Below, in pieces: positions 1-14,604 of a DNA stretch of 64,000 bases (position 1 is its first letter; each line of letters opens with the position of its first letter). Below the pieces are notes generated by a model. It was given only the letters and a program-made list of their open reading frames with translations, searched no databases and was not told the origin of the DNA. A program made the position numbers and the translations under genes. The DNA is from Lama glama (lineage: Eukaryota): NCBI GenBank assembly GCA_028534125.1, contig CM052818.1, positions 15,192,001 to 15,256,000 of the forward strand, read 5' to 3'.

Positions 1-299
1 GGGCTGAGGATTTTCCCAAATGAGATAGAATCCAGTTTCCTTAAAGGGCTGTGGGTCTGACTCTCCTAGAATGTTTCTGGGAAGGCAGTTGGTAGCTCTT
101 TTCAGTGGGAATTACAGAAACTAGATGGTATCACAAGACTGTTTAGGGATGAGGCACCAGAGCTGGGTTACTAGGACCACAGAGATGGATCGATCCGTGC
201 AGTGAGCCCCACCAGGCTTAACACTGGTAGCTAAAGAGCAGCAGTTCCTGTGTTCATGAAAGTACAGCCCTAAAGTTGATCTATTGCTGTGAAGCGGAT

Positions 300-1085
300 A
301 CCGCTGGAAAGAGGAGTTACTGACAGAATATGATAAATAACACAGCTAGATTATACATGGGAAGAGGCTTAAATCCTTCCAAAGCTAATGGATAGATGAC
401 AATGACAGTTCAGTCACTGCAGATAAATAATGACAAGTTGCTGGAGAATGGAATACAGGATTAATTCGTACACCATTCGGCATATGAGACTTTAAAAAAG
501 TCAAGGAGTCAAGTATGTGTAGCGTTAAATATGAATGCCTGGAATGAAGATGGGACAGAGTGAAAGTCAAATCTGTATGTGCCATTGAATATGAGCCAGT
601 GGTACCTAAAGGCATTATTTTTTTCAATCTCTTGGAGGATCAAACGGTACCTGCCTCTTAATGTGTATGTGTTTCTTAAACGGGAAAAAGAGTCAATGTA
701 AATTAAAAAAAAATTTTTTTTAATGGATAGCATATTCAGAAGGAATTGCTAATGTGACTTTTGATTCTGAATGTCTGGACCAGCATGAGCAGTACTGGTA
801 TTTGGCTCTGAGAATGAAAGGCAAGGAACTGAAGAATAAAGAGCAGCTCTGGTCGGCGATGGATGAGAACAGAATGGTAGATAATGAGGGGAGGACGGCC
901 AGACATGCAGGGCCTTGGATCTCTGGGAGGATAATGGATGAGAAAGGGTGCAGTCGGGGCAGAGAGGATGGAATCATGATGTCTTTGATAAATTGTCTTC
1001 ACTTCAGCCTAGGCATTCTTTACAGCAGACAGAAAGGAATAAAAAGACCGTCCAAAGGCCCATCTTTGAGTTCCACTAATGATGA
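300..1085 (+). mobile_element. Probable highly diverged CR1/L3 LINE fragment
   Basis: Weak resemblance to remembered L3 3' region motifs (e.g. ttgaatatgagccagtgg near 585); purine-rich; boundaries approximate. Confidence 0.35.
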
Positions 1086-2329
1086 CGTGACAGACGAAAC
1101 ACCTACATCCATACACAGACTCTTTGAAGACACAGATGAGGGAGATGTCATCGAATCTTTTATCTGTTTATTAGATCATTTGAAACAGTGTTTTGGTTAG
1201 AAGCAAAGATGTATGTCTGGCTAGTTAAAAAATAAAGAGACAAGCTTATTTGTATTAATCCAGGGAAAAGTAGTTGTCCACAAGTCACTGACGTGGTTAG
1301 AATGAGTCTTCCTGTTTCATCAAATAAGCAGTATCGTGCACATCTGGATACCCTAGCCTCCCTCCAGACATCACCTAGAGACAGATTTTGATGCATTTTG
1401 TCTTAAAGGGGTGATCAGAGGAGACCCTCAGGAGACAACTGTTTAAGAGAGATGTGGCCTTTGTGTATATGTTGCTGTTATGGCTACTGCTAAAAAAAAG
1501 TAAAATTTTAGTTAATTGACTATTTCTGTTCCTTGGTTTATAATTAATGAAATAATCAGTTTTGAGGAGTTTCACAGTGGAAATAGGATAGTTAGAAGTA
1601 ATGACTGTTTCTATATATGGATTACCAAAGCATCCTGCTGCAAAGAGGATGATTCAACCAGGCTGCCTCCTTTCTTTCTCCTTTGCCATTTCCCACCTTC
1701 CGAGAAAGGACCTCAGAGTTCAGAATGCTGCTGTCCAAGCCCTAATAGTCTTTCAATAATCAGCATCTCCTTTTTCTCACAAAGATCTAGACTGGTGGGA
1801 AGGTGCAAGAGATTCCAGGTCAGAGAATGTTAGTGTCTTTCGCTGTTCATAATAAACCTCTCCCACCTGGCCTCATTAAACAAAACACAACAACAACCAG
1901 ATAAGCTATTTTTTGTCATCTGTGTGGGCAGGAGAACCTTTTTGTTTGAAAGAGTGTGTTGGCTTGCATTACTGACCTTGCTGGAGAAGCTGGAAGGTTT
2001 AGATTCTTAGGAGTGGTCAGGACCACACGGGGTCATCTAGTTGTCCTGAGAGGATATATTAAAACCCTATTTCAGAAACTTAAATCGTTTGCTCATGCAT
2101 TTGTTTATTCATTCAGTTATTTATTCTTCAAGGTCCTGGGGCTATAGAGTTGAGCAAAAACAGATGTGACCCATGCCCTTAGATCTTCTTCTAGTTGGGG
2201 ACGTAACTAGTTATATATGCACCTAGTCACACACATGAGGGTATGTGATCACCATCAAAATGAAGGTGCTTGGAAGCAGAGCACCATGCTCTTTAGGCCT
2301 GATGGACAGCTGTCGTATTGCATCTCCCT

Positions 2330-4470
2330 TCACCATCATCCTGGCATTCCCCTTTACTTCTCTATTCTCTGGCTTCCCTTTTCTCTTGATTATGTTTATT
2401 ACTCTTTTTTTTTCCCTCTCATTTTGATGGAGCACATATTCCAGTGGTTTCCTGAGAAAAGGCACATGGGATTAAAAATTTTTGAAATGTTGAATATCTT
2501 AACATGTTTTTAATTCTGTCCTCACATCAGATCAATAATTTGTCTGGGTATAGAATTTTAAGTTAGAAAACCTTTTTTTTCCACTCAGTATTTTAAGGTT
2601 ATTGCTTCCTTTTTCTTTAAGATTCCAGGAGATGCTTTTAAGAAGTCAGTGCCGTGATTCTTTATCTTGTGTTTGAAAAAACGGTTTCTTCCCCCTTCAG
2701 TAGAAGCTTATAATATTTTCTCTTTGTCTTCTAGAATTCTCATCATGATATATATCTGAATGTATGATTATTTTTATCCTTTGTACTGATAAATATTCAG
2801 TCTGAAAAAGCATGTCTTTTAGTTTTGAGGAACTTTATTGAATTATGTGTTTGATTTCTTCTCTTGTTCCCTCTTTTCTCTTTCTGAAATTCTTATTACT
2901 TAAAAGTTCAACATCTTTGACTAAATGCCCCAATTTTCTTTTATTTTTCTTCTCATTTTCCATCTCTTTTATTTCTCTCATTTTGTTACATTTCCTCAAA
3001 ATTATTTTCTAGCCCTTTTGTTGAATTTTTCATTTCTCTTTTCATACTTTTAATTCCTAAGAGCTCTTTTTGTTTTTTGAATGTTTCTTTTAAAAAATAG
3101 AATACCTTTCTTGTTTTAGAAATGCAACATATTCTTTTATCTTTCTAATGATTATTAATTATAAGATTTTTTGAAGTTTTCTTCTTCCTCATAGCCTCTA
3201 AGTTGTTTTTTGGGGTCTGTTTTATTACAGTCTCTGACTTTCATATAGATGCATTCCTGAAATGTCTGTTGATTCTTGACTGTGTGTATTTAAGTGTGAG
3301 GCACTAGAGCAGATTAGAAGCTTCATTTGAGCTTGTGTGCTGTGGTCTTTTCTATAGGGAGATCTGGCTGGGCTATTTGCCTGGGAAGCTTCTGACACCA
3401 GTTATCAGTGTTATTGGATGTGTTCTTTTGGACTAGTCAGATATCCAGAGAGGATCTTGCCTCCTCTGTGTGTGTGTGTCTGAAAGTGTGTGTACACATG
3501 TGTGTGTGCACATGCTCATGTGTTTATGTTTGTATATGTGTCTGGGTGACAACATTCTGGGAACCAAGTATGGGAGGAAATCTGGGAGTCAGTAAGTATA
3601 GTCATCCCTCAGTGTCTGTGAGGGACTGATTCCAGGACCTACCAAATTGGTTTCCACCCCCACCTCCCAAATCAAAATCCCTGGATGCTCAAATCCCTTG
3701 TATGAAATAGTGTAGTATTTGCATATAACCTACACATGTCCTCCCGTATACTTTAAATCATCTGTAGATTACTTATAATACCCAATATAACATAAATGTT
3801 AAAATATATATAAATAGTGGTAAATATAAAGTAAATGCTATGTAGTTGCCAACACCCACCAAGTTCAAGTTTTGTTTTTTGGAACTTTCTGGACATTTTT
3901 AAAAAATATATTTTTGATCCGTGGTTAGTTGAATCTGTGGATGCAGAACGCATGGATATGAAGGGCTGACTGTATGCATATATTTATTTATTTCAGTACA
4001 GCGGCCTTTTCTTTAATTGGGCGTGGTGTCTCCCACTTCAGGGGCCCTTAAACAGAGAATAAACCTTTAATCCCCTACCAGAGCTGGGGAAGGGGAGTCA
4101 CCAAGTTGCTCAGAGTGGAGGAGAGAAATCCTAGGTGTCATCTTATTTGCTCTTAAACAGATTTCCAGTCATCCCACTTTTACCCTTACATCGAAAGGCA
4201 CTGCTACTGTGGGCCTGTTGGGGGTTTGTGATATAAACTGGGTGTTTGTTCTTTGCTCTTTTCCTGCTGGCTTAGAAAATTCAGCTTCCTTAGGGCCTGC
4301 TAAGCCAGATAACTTGAATCTACCTGCTTTTCTGACTTCCAGTTTATAAAATATGGTCTCTTTTTCCCATTGTTCTTTTGAGTCTGTACCTTTAAATTAT
4401 CCTTTATTGTGATTTTAGAAAGCTTAAAGGAAAGATGCATGTGTTCAATCTACCATCTTTAGCTGAAAGT
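2330..4470 (-). mobile_element. Ancient L1/HAL1 5'-region fragment, interrupted by MER2
   Basis: About 1 kb of very T-rich sequence typical of antisense ORF1, followed by 5'UTR-like sequence; continues on both sides of the MER2 insertion. Confidence 0.6.
3599..3972. mobile_element. MER2/MER2B (Tigger-derived TcMar MITE)
   Basis: TIR-like ends tagtcatccctc... / ...aagggctgactg, flanked by TA at 3597-3598 and 3973-3974; internal gtatttgcatataacctacaca motif of MER2. Confidence 0.85.
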
Positions 4471-6299
4471 GAAGAAATTCCTTGAATTTAAGTATTTTCT
4501 TCTACAGAGAACATTTAACACGTTGGAAGTTTTTTTTTTTTTTCTGTTCCTTCCCCACTTCACATATATTTTCATCTAAAAAAAATCCAAAACAGTTTTT
4601 AGTACTATTTCAGTATAACATTTTTATTACCATCAACAGCTGTAGTATATTTTCTAATGTATGGATTCAATATGTTCAGACTTTATGGAAAGGCAAGTTC
4701 AAATCACATTCTACATGTTTTCTCCTTTAATACTTGTTGGTTTGTTTTAATAAAGCTGTAATTGTAGTTGAAAGAATGATAGTTAATTCTCTATAACTTA
4801 GGGACTCATTGCCAGTTTGGGGATTATTTATATTCCTCGATTTTTGTTTCCTTTCTTTAGGGCTGCTTTGCTTTGGAAATTTTCAGTTCTCATTAATGTC
4901 TTCCTCCATTAAATTTTTTAAAAAATATAGGAAATAGAATAAATTCGAAGTACCATCTTTGGTTCAGTTCAACAAACATTTCCCAAATGTTAATAGTATT
5001 GTACTAGGCATTGGAGATATGAAAATAGGGCATGGTCTCTACTAGCCTAGCTTCTTACTGGTAATCCAGTATGGAGAGAGTTGAAACTAAAATGGACAAG
5101 AATTAGTTTTTGGTTATCTGTGTATTTCATTGGATCTACTGTTTCTACTCATTTAAAATTTTTATTGTAACTTTTTTTGGTTTAATCTTTCAAAACAAAG
5201 TCAAAGCACAGGAAGAAAACCTCAGTACTGCTTACCTCTAAACACTGTCCCCAGTCAACTAACAAATGACTGATGCCCACCATTAATATTCCTGCCTTTA
5301 CTTAAAGGTCTGAACCCCATTAAAATGTAAAAAGCACATTGTCCAATTCATGTCTCAGAACTCTGAGATTCTTTCCCGTCAGTAGGTTTGGCAGGCTTGC
5401 TAATGGGGAGAATAAGGGGTACTTGGTCATCTATAGGGGAGGTAAGGGATGTATTGGAGGGCTTATGAGAGAAGCGTGCACTTGAAAAGGGAGACTGGTA
5501 GTGCCAAAAGCAGATCACCAATTTCTCAATGTTCTTACTCACTTTTGGATCTTTAAAAAAAAAAAGTGATCTATTTTGGTTTTTTTGAAATCTAGGAAAT
5601 TAACAGTCCTTGAATGCTCTATGTAGCAATTCTCAACTAACTAGCATATTTGATTGACCAGAACATCTTTGTTGCCAACTATTGTGGACCATTGAGCTTT
5701 TATGGTGGATCATTAATTCCTGGAGGGAGGAGACCATGTGTGTCTTTTACTTCTCTTATATCCCTCCTCAACAGGAACACCTGTCCTCTCAGCAGGAGTG
5801 CCAGGGCCTCAGTAGAGGTTGTTGACTGACTGAAGGCATTCTACTATCTTGCTACCTTCTACCTGGTATGTTTCTTCTTGGCTGAATGTTTTTAAGTCTG
5901 TCTTTCCCTATTGAGCACTCAAATCTGCCCTTTTTCCTATTCCAGCTGGTTGGCCTGGCCCTTATTACCTCTTGCAGTTGGAATTGATCCTTAAAGCTGA
6001 AAATAGCTCCAGTTAATGGTTCATGGATCACTGGGTTGTCAGGCCCTGCAGCCTGCATTGACTAACATCATGGGGAGGCTGGATGTCCAAGGGGTGAGGG
6101 AAGCTTCTTAGTATTTAGGAGGTTATAGTGCCTCTCACCTTTGCAGAGAAGCAGAACCCCTGGGGAGACCTGCAGGGACTTGATCCTGTAGGGTAGGTTT
6201 GTTGAGGGGGTGATAGAAGGGTTCAGATAAGATGCTCTTCCAAATAACCCATTCTTCCACCATTCTCTACCCATTAAAAAAACATACACTGCACCAGAA

Positions 6300-6540
6300 T
6301 GGTTAGGCTCAGGCTCCAAAGTCATTCTTCTTGGATCCAAGTTCAAGCTTCAATATTCTCTAACTGCAGTTTTTAGAAAAGTTGCTTAACCTTTCTGTAC
6401 CTCGGTTTTCTCATTTGCGAAATCGGGATAATAATATCTACCCACCTAAGGTCATTGGGTCGGAATGGAAATGAGTTAATATGGATTAAATGCTTCGAAT
6501 ACAAGTGTCCAGGAGGTGTTAGTAATCATCATTATCGTCA
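6300..6540 (+). mobile_element. MIR SINE
   Basis: MIR core: gttgcttaacctttctgtacctcggttttctcatttgcgaaatcgggataataata. Confidence 0.75.
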
Positions 6541-6799
6541 CCCAGATGATCAGATCAAAGGTGTCTGCGAGAATCCAGGGGAGTTGGGGAACCCCTGACC
6601 TCCACATCCCTCTGAATAGCTTCCTACTCAGAAGAGAATAATGATCAGCTCTGCGTAAACCCTCACTGTCACTAGCTTACTAATTAGGTTTCCAACTTAC
6701 CATAGCCCAGAGAGCGACAGACAAAATGAGAGTGTGGAAGAAAAGAGTTGTGTCTGAAAATAATGAGAAATTGGCTAAAATACAGTGTTGCTAAGGAGG

Positions 6800-7100
6800 T
6801 GGTGCTGTGCAGCGTGTACGGAAGCAGCAGTGGATGTGGCCAGAGAGGACCTCTGCCCCTGGGGTGGACCACTTAACCTCTGGGACCCTCCTGATTCCTC
6901 GTCTGTAAAATGAGAATAAGAGTATCTGCCTCACAGAGCATTTTGAGGATTAATTACACACAAATGTGGGTGCGTGTGCATGCGTGTGTGAGTGTGTGTG
7001 TGCGTGCATGGGCAGACGTTCACACATGCTAAGAGCTAATATTTATTGAGCTGTCAGTAGGGTGCCTGGCATACAATAAGCATTCAGTATATGTTAGCTG
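6800..7100 (+). mobile_element. MIR SINE with embedded degenerate (TG)n
   Basis: Core ttcctcgtctgtaaaatgagaataagagtatctgcctcacag, then gtgcctggcatacaataagcattcagt. Confidence 0.7.
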
Positions 7101-7686
7101 TTTTTCTTGCGATGTTACGTTATAAGTAGGTGAATGGCTTTTTCCCTGAGTCATCCTGGCCTGATAATCACTTAAGAAGGCTCCATGTATTTGTCCTCCT
7201 GAAACCATGAGAATTCAAGGAACAAATAAGGCAAAGCAATGAAGAATACAGCACAACAGTGCGGCTGAGGCCTCTGAGGGTCAGCAGGCATGGATAGGCC
7301 ATTCTGGCATATTAACCTGGTAGAAAGGCCCCTTTGACAGGTAGACGCTATCTAACTACTGAGTTCAGGGCCACCTGAGCACCTGGGCAGAGTATAACAA
7401 AAGATATAGTCCCAGGAGTTTTGTTATCTGGAGATCTGTTTCCTTTGGACAATTGAATTATCTCTAATAAACTTTTTTTTTTTTTCAGGCCTTATCCTAC
7501 CCTATCGACTATTCTCTCAGAATGAAAAAAATCCCCCCCTTGCCTTCCTTGACACCATTCTCTTCAGGACTTTTTCTGTCTCCATAGTGACTTCTTCTCA
7601 GTCCGCCTGTGGGTTGCTTCTCTCTCAAATGTTAATGATCCTCAAGGATCTCCTGGCACCCCTTATCTCCTCTCAATTTATTCATC

Positions 7687-8130
7687 TGTGGCAGAAAGAG
7701 CTACTTGTTTACCTCCAAATCCAATTTCTGCCTTTGTTCTTAGCAACAGACCCTCCATCTTAGATGAGCACATGCCCACTTGGGATCAAGACACCATTTC
7801 CCAGCCTCCTTTGTATCTGTGTGATGAAGAAAAGCTTATTTTGTGTGGAACTTCAAGGAAGAGGACTTTTTTTCCTCTTCTGCCTGTCATCCTCCCTACC
7901 CACCATGAGGATGTACTGTCATTCTCCTGACCCACCATGAGGATGTAATTGTGGATGTCCAGCAGCCCTCTTGGACCATGAGGTGACCTCGAGGATGGAA
8001 GCCATGTTCTAGGGTGACATGACAAGGCCTCACTGTACCAACCCTAGATTGTTTACCGCCAGACTATGAGAGAGATATTTCTATCTTGTTTAAGCTGTTG
8101 CTATTTTGCCATTTTAGGTTTTCTTATTAT
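7687..8130 (+). mobile_element. MaLR LTR (MLT1I/J-like) with a 32-bp internal tandem duplication
   Basis: Starts tgtggcag; MLT1 motifs catttcccagcctcc and cttggaccatgaggtgacc...gaggatggaagccatg; 7884-7915 repeated imperfectly at 7916-7947. Confidence 0.7.
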
Positions 8131-8489
8131 ATGCTTGGCACACTTAAAGGAACACTCAGGCATGGATGATGAGGTGATTGGAGGAGAGGATGATGGACTG
8201 AAGAGTAGGGGCCATATTTTGTTTTGTGGGCACCATCAAAGGTTCTGAGATTCTGGTACAGGTGTGGGAATGTGATGTAGGGTGCTCTGTTATTGGCTAA
8301 GATGGAACTTTCTGCCAAATTGGGGGCTGAGAGGTAGATTAGCATGAAGAAATGAGATGTTTCTTGTACATATAAGTTAGTGAAGTTGGATTCATCTTGA
8401 TACATACATAGATGATATTTTGTATGAGATATTCTTTAACCGCCCTTTTCCTCCTTACTATATTGAGGACCCCTTTCCATGACAATAAA

Positions 8490-8493
<4 letters not shown>

Positions 8494-8526
<33 letters not shown>
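8494..8526. repeat. (TA)n microsatellite
   Basis: Perfect run of about 16 TA units. Confidence 0.95.
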
Positions 8527-8528
<2 letters not shown>

Positions 8529-10499
8529 TTTTAATGAATGAATCACAGTATGCTGCACAGATGTGCTGCGTATATTTAACCAGTCTTCTTTATTCTTTAC
8601 CAGTCCTTGCCAGCTAGTATCTCAGATGATATATTAGACTCTGGTCCTCGCAGTCACTTGTGCATATATTGGGTGACTTGTCCCTGAACTTGGCCACTCT
8701 CGGTGACTTTTCTGTGACCCTTGACTAGCCTGTAGTAGTCATTCTCCTGACCCTTATTTAGGCTTAGCTGGTCCCATGCTGGTACACGCCCTCTGAAAGG
8801 ACCTCAGACTTCTTGTGGTATGAGGTATTGATGTCCAGAGATGTTCCCGTCTTATCCATCAAATACCGTCAACTACTCAGAGTCTCCTCTGACCCACGCA
8901 CTGGGCAGAAGTCATCTCTCTCCATCCGAACAGTTTATATACTTGTGCTTCCTGTGTGACTTCACCATTTCCCATCTATCATTTTAGGTCCGAGCCCACA
9001 TTATCCGTCTCTGCAGGCCTTGAGTTCCTTAATAAAAGGATTGATGCTTGTCTCAGCTCCCGAACCCAGTGATCACAGCATATTTTCACAGGCAGGGCTT
9101 AGGAGTTGTCTGTGGGGTGAATGGCATTTCTGTTGCTTTTCTTCATAATTTATTCTTGGTGCCCTTGCATCTCTGTATCACCTAGAGGCTTGCCATTGTA
9201 ATACAACCTCAAGGCTCTGGAGATAAAATTTGAATGTCTGAAATCACACCTACCATCCCGCAGAAGCAGGTGGCAGGAAATCACAGTTCTACAAAAGACA
9301 TAGCTGCATTGTCCTGTGTTGTTCTGATGCTTCAAGAGAGATGATTAAGGCAGCAGAAGCGGTTTTCCCACTGCCTTGGCATTTCAGGTTGCAGCATCTC
9401 AGGAGACTGTCTCAGGTTGCTTTTGGCCTGAACTCATTCACCAGTGGAAATCTTTAATCCTGAAATATTCATCTAAAAAATGTGATGTCTTCAAGTGATC
9501 AGGCAGCTGAACTGACCCAGGCCAAATCCTTTCAACTGGCTGACGCACTACTAATCTAGGGCATTGAGTTTTGATGAGGTTCCTTTTGCTGCTAAGTGGA
9601 GATTCAAAAAGAGAGAGAAGTGGATTGCTATTATTACGGGGTGGGGTTGTCTAGGAAGCTTAATGAGGCCAGCTCTGGGCTTTGCAATCTGCTGATGGGA
9701 GGCCTGGTGTGACAGGCAGTTAATGTTTAAGGACAATGAACTGTCTTGCTGCGTGATGGCTGCAAGACGGTCTTTTATGGTCTCATTGATGAGTCATCCT
9801 CTCTGGGCAATCAATTTTTAGCTGGCTAGACTCGCTCCACTTTCCCTATGAATAAGTTTATTTATAATCTTCAAATCCTCTTTTCCTGCGTGGTTTCTGG
9901 CTTTGAACTTTGGCCGGGCACCGGCTGGGAGAATTCAGGCTGTTTGGGTGTGGGGTGTGTATTTCAAAGTCAGATTGTCTAGACATCCTTTACAGAAGTT
10001 GGCACAGCTCTGCTGAGCATGTCACTTGGGAGATGGATTTCTTTGTGGCTGGCCTGGCATCGTTAATTTTAGTAAAAACTTTTCTCCTTGTAGTTTTATA
10101 CACTGATAGTCTGAAAGTGCTCTGCATTACGATTCCCACAGGCCCAGGGAGATGAACGCTTCTGACAGGGTCCATGACAAGAAAATATTACCAGCTCCAA
10201 CACCTGATTACTCATGGAAGTTTCCACAGAATCTGCCAATGTCTGAGCCATCTGCTCCACCTAGACTTTTTTCTTTCAACCCATTTAATATGAGAATGTA
10301 AACATACCAGTAATGCTGAGGAACAGAACAGCAGCAAGAGTGATGATGATGATAGCCATGATTTATCAGGCATCAAGTACCACCAGGCAGCTGGGCCAGG
10401 TGCTCCGAGCACCTCCGTGGTTCCCATCCCTGGGGAGATAAGACAACACAAATATACTGGGGTGCCGCCCCATATCAGTTAAATCAGAATATTCTTCTT

Positions 10500-11060
10500 C
10501 ATTATTATTCTCAGAGCTCCCTTTATAAACTCTTCTTTTTTTTTATAATTAACATGAATCTTCCACTCTTATTAAAGCAGTGTATCATCCTTGTAGGATA
10601 TTTGGACAATAAAAAAACCCTAAAATCATGCATGATTCTACCATCCGAAAATCCCGCTGTTAACATTTTTAGACGACTTCATTGAGGTATTACTGAGATG
10701 CAATAAACTGCACATATTTGAAGTGTTCAGATTGAAGTTTTGACACTTGATTAACATTTGGTTTATTTCCTTCTGATCCCTTCTTTCTCCTTCCCTCCCT
10801 TCCCCCCTCCCCCCAACACATATAACGGGTATTAAATAGCATACACATTTTTTCTGTCCTGTTGCTTTGTATTCACATTAATCATCAGCACTTTCCTGTG
10901 TGATTTTATTTTCTTCAATAGATGAATTTAATGGCTGCACAATATTCTATCATATGGTTCCCTTGTAATTAATTTAACATTCCTTTATGGTTGAATAGTT
11001 ACATAATTTCTACCTTTTTACTCTTAGAAATATAGGTGTCATGAACTGTTAGGAGCTATT
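10500..11060 (-). mobile_element. Old L1 (L1ME/L1MB-type) 3' fragments
   Basis: Antisense L1 3' motifs such as ttcattgaggtattactgagatgcaataaactgcacatatttgaagtg and ttaatggctgcacaatattctatcatatgg. Confidence 0.6.
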
Positions 11061-11094
11061 GTTGGATTAGACTTTTATAGTAGAGGATTTTGGT

Positions 11095-11270
11095 CAAGTT
11101 AAAAAAAAAACTTTGTGCCTCAGTTTTCTTATCTGCAGTTGGGGCTAATGTGAATACCTACCATAGAAGGATGCTGTGACAAGTACAGAAAATACTGCTT
11201 TAACGTAACAATATTTAGCACAGCACTCAGCACTTTATAAGTGTTCAGTTTATATTAGTCATTGTCATGA
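11095..11270 (+). mobile_element. MIR SINE
   Basis: tgtgcctcagttttcttatctgcagttggggctaat core and atttagcacagcactcagcac tail. Confidence 0.7.
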
Positions 11271-12487
11271 TCCTTACTGGCATTTAGGTATCTGTGCATG
11301 TGCCCTTTCTCCGGTATTAAGTGCAGCCTCTTTGAACACTGAAAACATGCGTTATGTTTCTTGTTTCCTTTGGAAGGGACTCCACACTGATGGCATATAA
11401 CAAGGTCTGTACACATTGTTAATAAAGCCACGGAGTAGATCCACCAGTCCACCAGTCTGACCTTTCAAAATGGGTTTTCGACATCCTTAGACTCTTCCAG
11501 CTCCCCTCCAACCGGAAACGTTGGCAGCCCAATTCACGGTTGCTAGTTCCCTCCTCTCCTCCACACTCACCCTCTCTTCATGCACTCTGGCTTCAGGGCT
11601 CAAGGTCACAGGTGACCTGAGCAGGGATGCTCAGAGTTCTTTGGCTTTGCCCAATGAGCACCTCAGTTAGTTGCCCTAGAAAGAACTGAGGGGTTTGGAG
11701 ATTGGAAAAAAAAGCGCAGACTAGGTTCAGGAAGATACGGCAAGAGAAGCGCTGAAAAGGGGGTGGGGATCAGCTCGCAGTACTCTCTGGTCTGAGAGGA
11801 ATGGGAATGATGTCATACTAGTGGCAGGGGGCCTGGTGGGGGATGCCGGTTAGATGCATGTGTTCCCCTCCGCATGTGGCTAACCTCAAAGAAGGATTCT
11901 CACAGTTCCACATTATTGTAAGTCTCAGGATCTACTGATGGATGGGAGGCAGCCGTGAGCAGCAGGCACTCCTAATACTTGCCACCGCATTTGCTGGGTG
12001 TATGATCATCCCGGGTTTGGAGGTAGAGCCCAAGGTGATGAACTCTTCCCAGCCTTTCAGGTTCTTCATCTCTGTGGCAGAATGATCAGTTTGACTGCTA
12101 AGTTGACTGCTGTTTGTTGTTGATTTTTCCTTCTTCCTTTTGAGCAGATTGCTAAGCCCTTGGTGCGCCTTGGAATCAAGGATTTAGAGATTTTTTTGGC
12201 TGTGTGGAAACAAGCTGCTGAAAGTCAGTATCTCTTTTCTTCTTTTGGAATAGCTAAACTGAAAAGATGATACCTGGTGTTCTCAATAGGGAACGGAGAG
12301 GTTTCCAGAAATTGAGATGTTTCACCTTCATCATGAACCCACAACTGGCTTCACAGCAGCAGCCTGGAAAGTTGCAGTGGCTCAGAGGGGCTGCCGTAGA
12401 ACAAGCCTGGGAAGGTGGGACTCTAGGCACCAGGAGTCCCAGCCTCAGCTAAGATTCTCGGGGCCCCATATGTGTGTGGCATGGAAG

Positions 12488-13138
12488 TGATGCAGGAAAA
12501 TGTGGGGCGAGAGGATGGCCCTGTCCCAGGTATCAGTTGAATCTCTGGGACGCACCCTCCTAAGTGTGGGTTCTTGGCTTCGCTCAGGAAAGAATTCAAG
12601 ACTGAACCACAGATGAGTAAAAGTAGATTTATTCAGAGAGATACGTACTCCATAGACAGAGTGCAGGCTGTCTCAGAAGGCCAGAGAAAGGCTCTGAGGT
12701 GTGGGAGTTGGGTGCTTATTTCAAAGTAAAGGTAGACACACACTCCACAGAGTGTGGGCCATCTTACTCAGAAGGGAGAGAGGCCATGAGGTGTGGGGGT
12801 TGCTAATTTTTATGGGCTCAGTAACTTATATACTAACAAGTGAGGGGCTTATTCCAACTACTTCAGGGAAGGAGGTGGGATTCCGAGGAACTGAGCCACT
12901 GCCCACTTCTTGACCTTTCATGGTCAGCCTCGGAACTGTCATGACGCCTGTGGGAGTGCCATTCAGCATGCTAATGTATTACAATGAGCATATAATGAAG
13001 CTCAAGTACACTGGAAGTAAAATGTCCCACCATCCTGGATCTCAAGGCTGTTTGGGAGTTGAATTCTCCGCCATCTTGGTGTTAATTGCTGTGTCATTCC
13101 TTGAATGGCTGTGCCCTGCCCCCTCCTTCCCTGTCTGA
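12488..13138 (-). mobile_element. Young ERV1-type solo LTR (family A, copy 1)
   Basis: Begins TGATGCAGG, ends ctgtctga; exact 4-bp TSD GAAG (12484-12487 and 13139-13142); minus-strand AATAAA at 12628-12633; colinear homolog at 26761-27361. Confidence 0.9.
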
Positions 13139-14154
13139 GAAGCAGAGGGCTACCATATCTCCAGGGACCACAATGGGCTTGACTGATCAGGATGATATTG
13201 ATAGCCATGATGAGCTAAATGTTGGTCCCTGCCTCCATTTTTCTAGCAACGTATGTTGCCAGTGATGTCTGACTGAATTGCTCTCTGGCCTGGTAAGGTG
13301 GAGATTTGAGTTGGAGTTAAGTTGATTACAACAAATTAAAGAAATGTGTATTTCTTGCAAGCCCCAGTTTTCATACCCACTGAGATTTCATTCTCTCTGC
13401 ATCTGAAAATTGAAGATGACATTTCCCCTTGTCACAGGGAGGAGGTATATTCCACATGAAGGTGAAAGTGGAAATTATAAGGGCTATGAGTTCCACGAGG
13501 GGAGGGATAGATCCAGCTCTCATGCTGTAAGTCTTCAGTAAGCCTGTGTTGAATACATCATAAGTGAATAAGTAAATCAAGGATAAATAGTTATTTTTGC
13601 TTGATGGGTTTAGGAAGGAAAACTGGGAGAGAAGACTGGCTGCATGACCCTACTTCTGTGGCCACTCTAGTCTTGATAATTACTGTCGGCTCACACGCCC
13701 CACAAAGGGCCAGAACGGTGGACAATACCAGAGGATGCTTCGAGGTCCCCATAATAACTGGCTGCCCCGACTCTTGAGAGTCAGAGGCAGCAAAGGCAGA
13801 CCTATTCAATTACATTTCTTTAGGCTCACTGACTTGTCATCAGGTCTATTGCCTAATTTCCCTTAGGCTTCCCCAAGTCTTTCTATACACATGATCTAGG
13901 AGGCATACTTGCCTGATAAATATCCCCAGGTGGCAGAAAAGGTCACATCTGTGTCCAAAGCCCATCACCAGTGACACAGCTTGTTTTGGATTCAGCCCCC
14001 CGACCGCACGGCTGGCACACAAGCAGCCTTCTGAGGTTTTTTGCCCCACCCTCCACCCCTCCCATTTTCCAAACTTCCTGGTGCATAAAGCCCTGATTCA
14101 AGCCATTTTCCCCATTAGCACTCCCTGTGCATGAATGCCTCATTGAATTCCAAA

Positions 14155-14604
14155 TGTCAAACTCTAATGGAATAATAGGCTTTAACCTAGAGCAGACAGC
14201 AAGGCTGATCAGGTGTTAAAGAAGGATTATTAATGAAAATGAGAAAAATGGTGTATTTAAGAGAGAGTGTCAAACGAAGAGAACAGTGGGCTGGGAGAAT
14301 GGTTTCCTGCTGCTCTGGGGCGGCAGCTGCGAAGGCACAGCGGCGTCTGCTTTCACAACGGACATGGGGACACTCTGTCTCCGGGAGTAATGAAGATGGA
14401 ACCTTTCAGCACAGGAGGGCCGCAAATTTCCTGAACATTAGCTCCTTGCTTCTCACTGAGTCCCTGAGACAGGTGTCACAGAGAGTGGGGAGAGACGCAG
14501 GTGGGAGGCTGTGTTTCAGAACTACTGAGTGTGTGGGGTTGGAAGGCGAAGTGGAAAGTCAGGGTGATTGCAAATTGCGTTGGGATCCAAAAAGGCCCAG
14601 AACA
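14155..14604 (-). mobile_element. Possible old LTR
   Basis: TG...CA ends and LTR-like composition; no TSD found, family not recognised. Confidence 0.3.

Noticed and set aside
754..1200. 148-aa + strand ORF
   Set aside because: Non-ATG start, no recognisable protein similarity, and overlaps a probable old LINE fragment.
11460..12000. Possible old LTR; similar impression at 51460-51780
   Set aside because: Could not assign termini, TSD or family with enough confidence to list.
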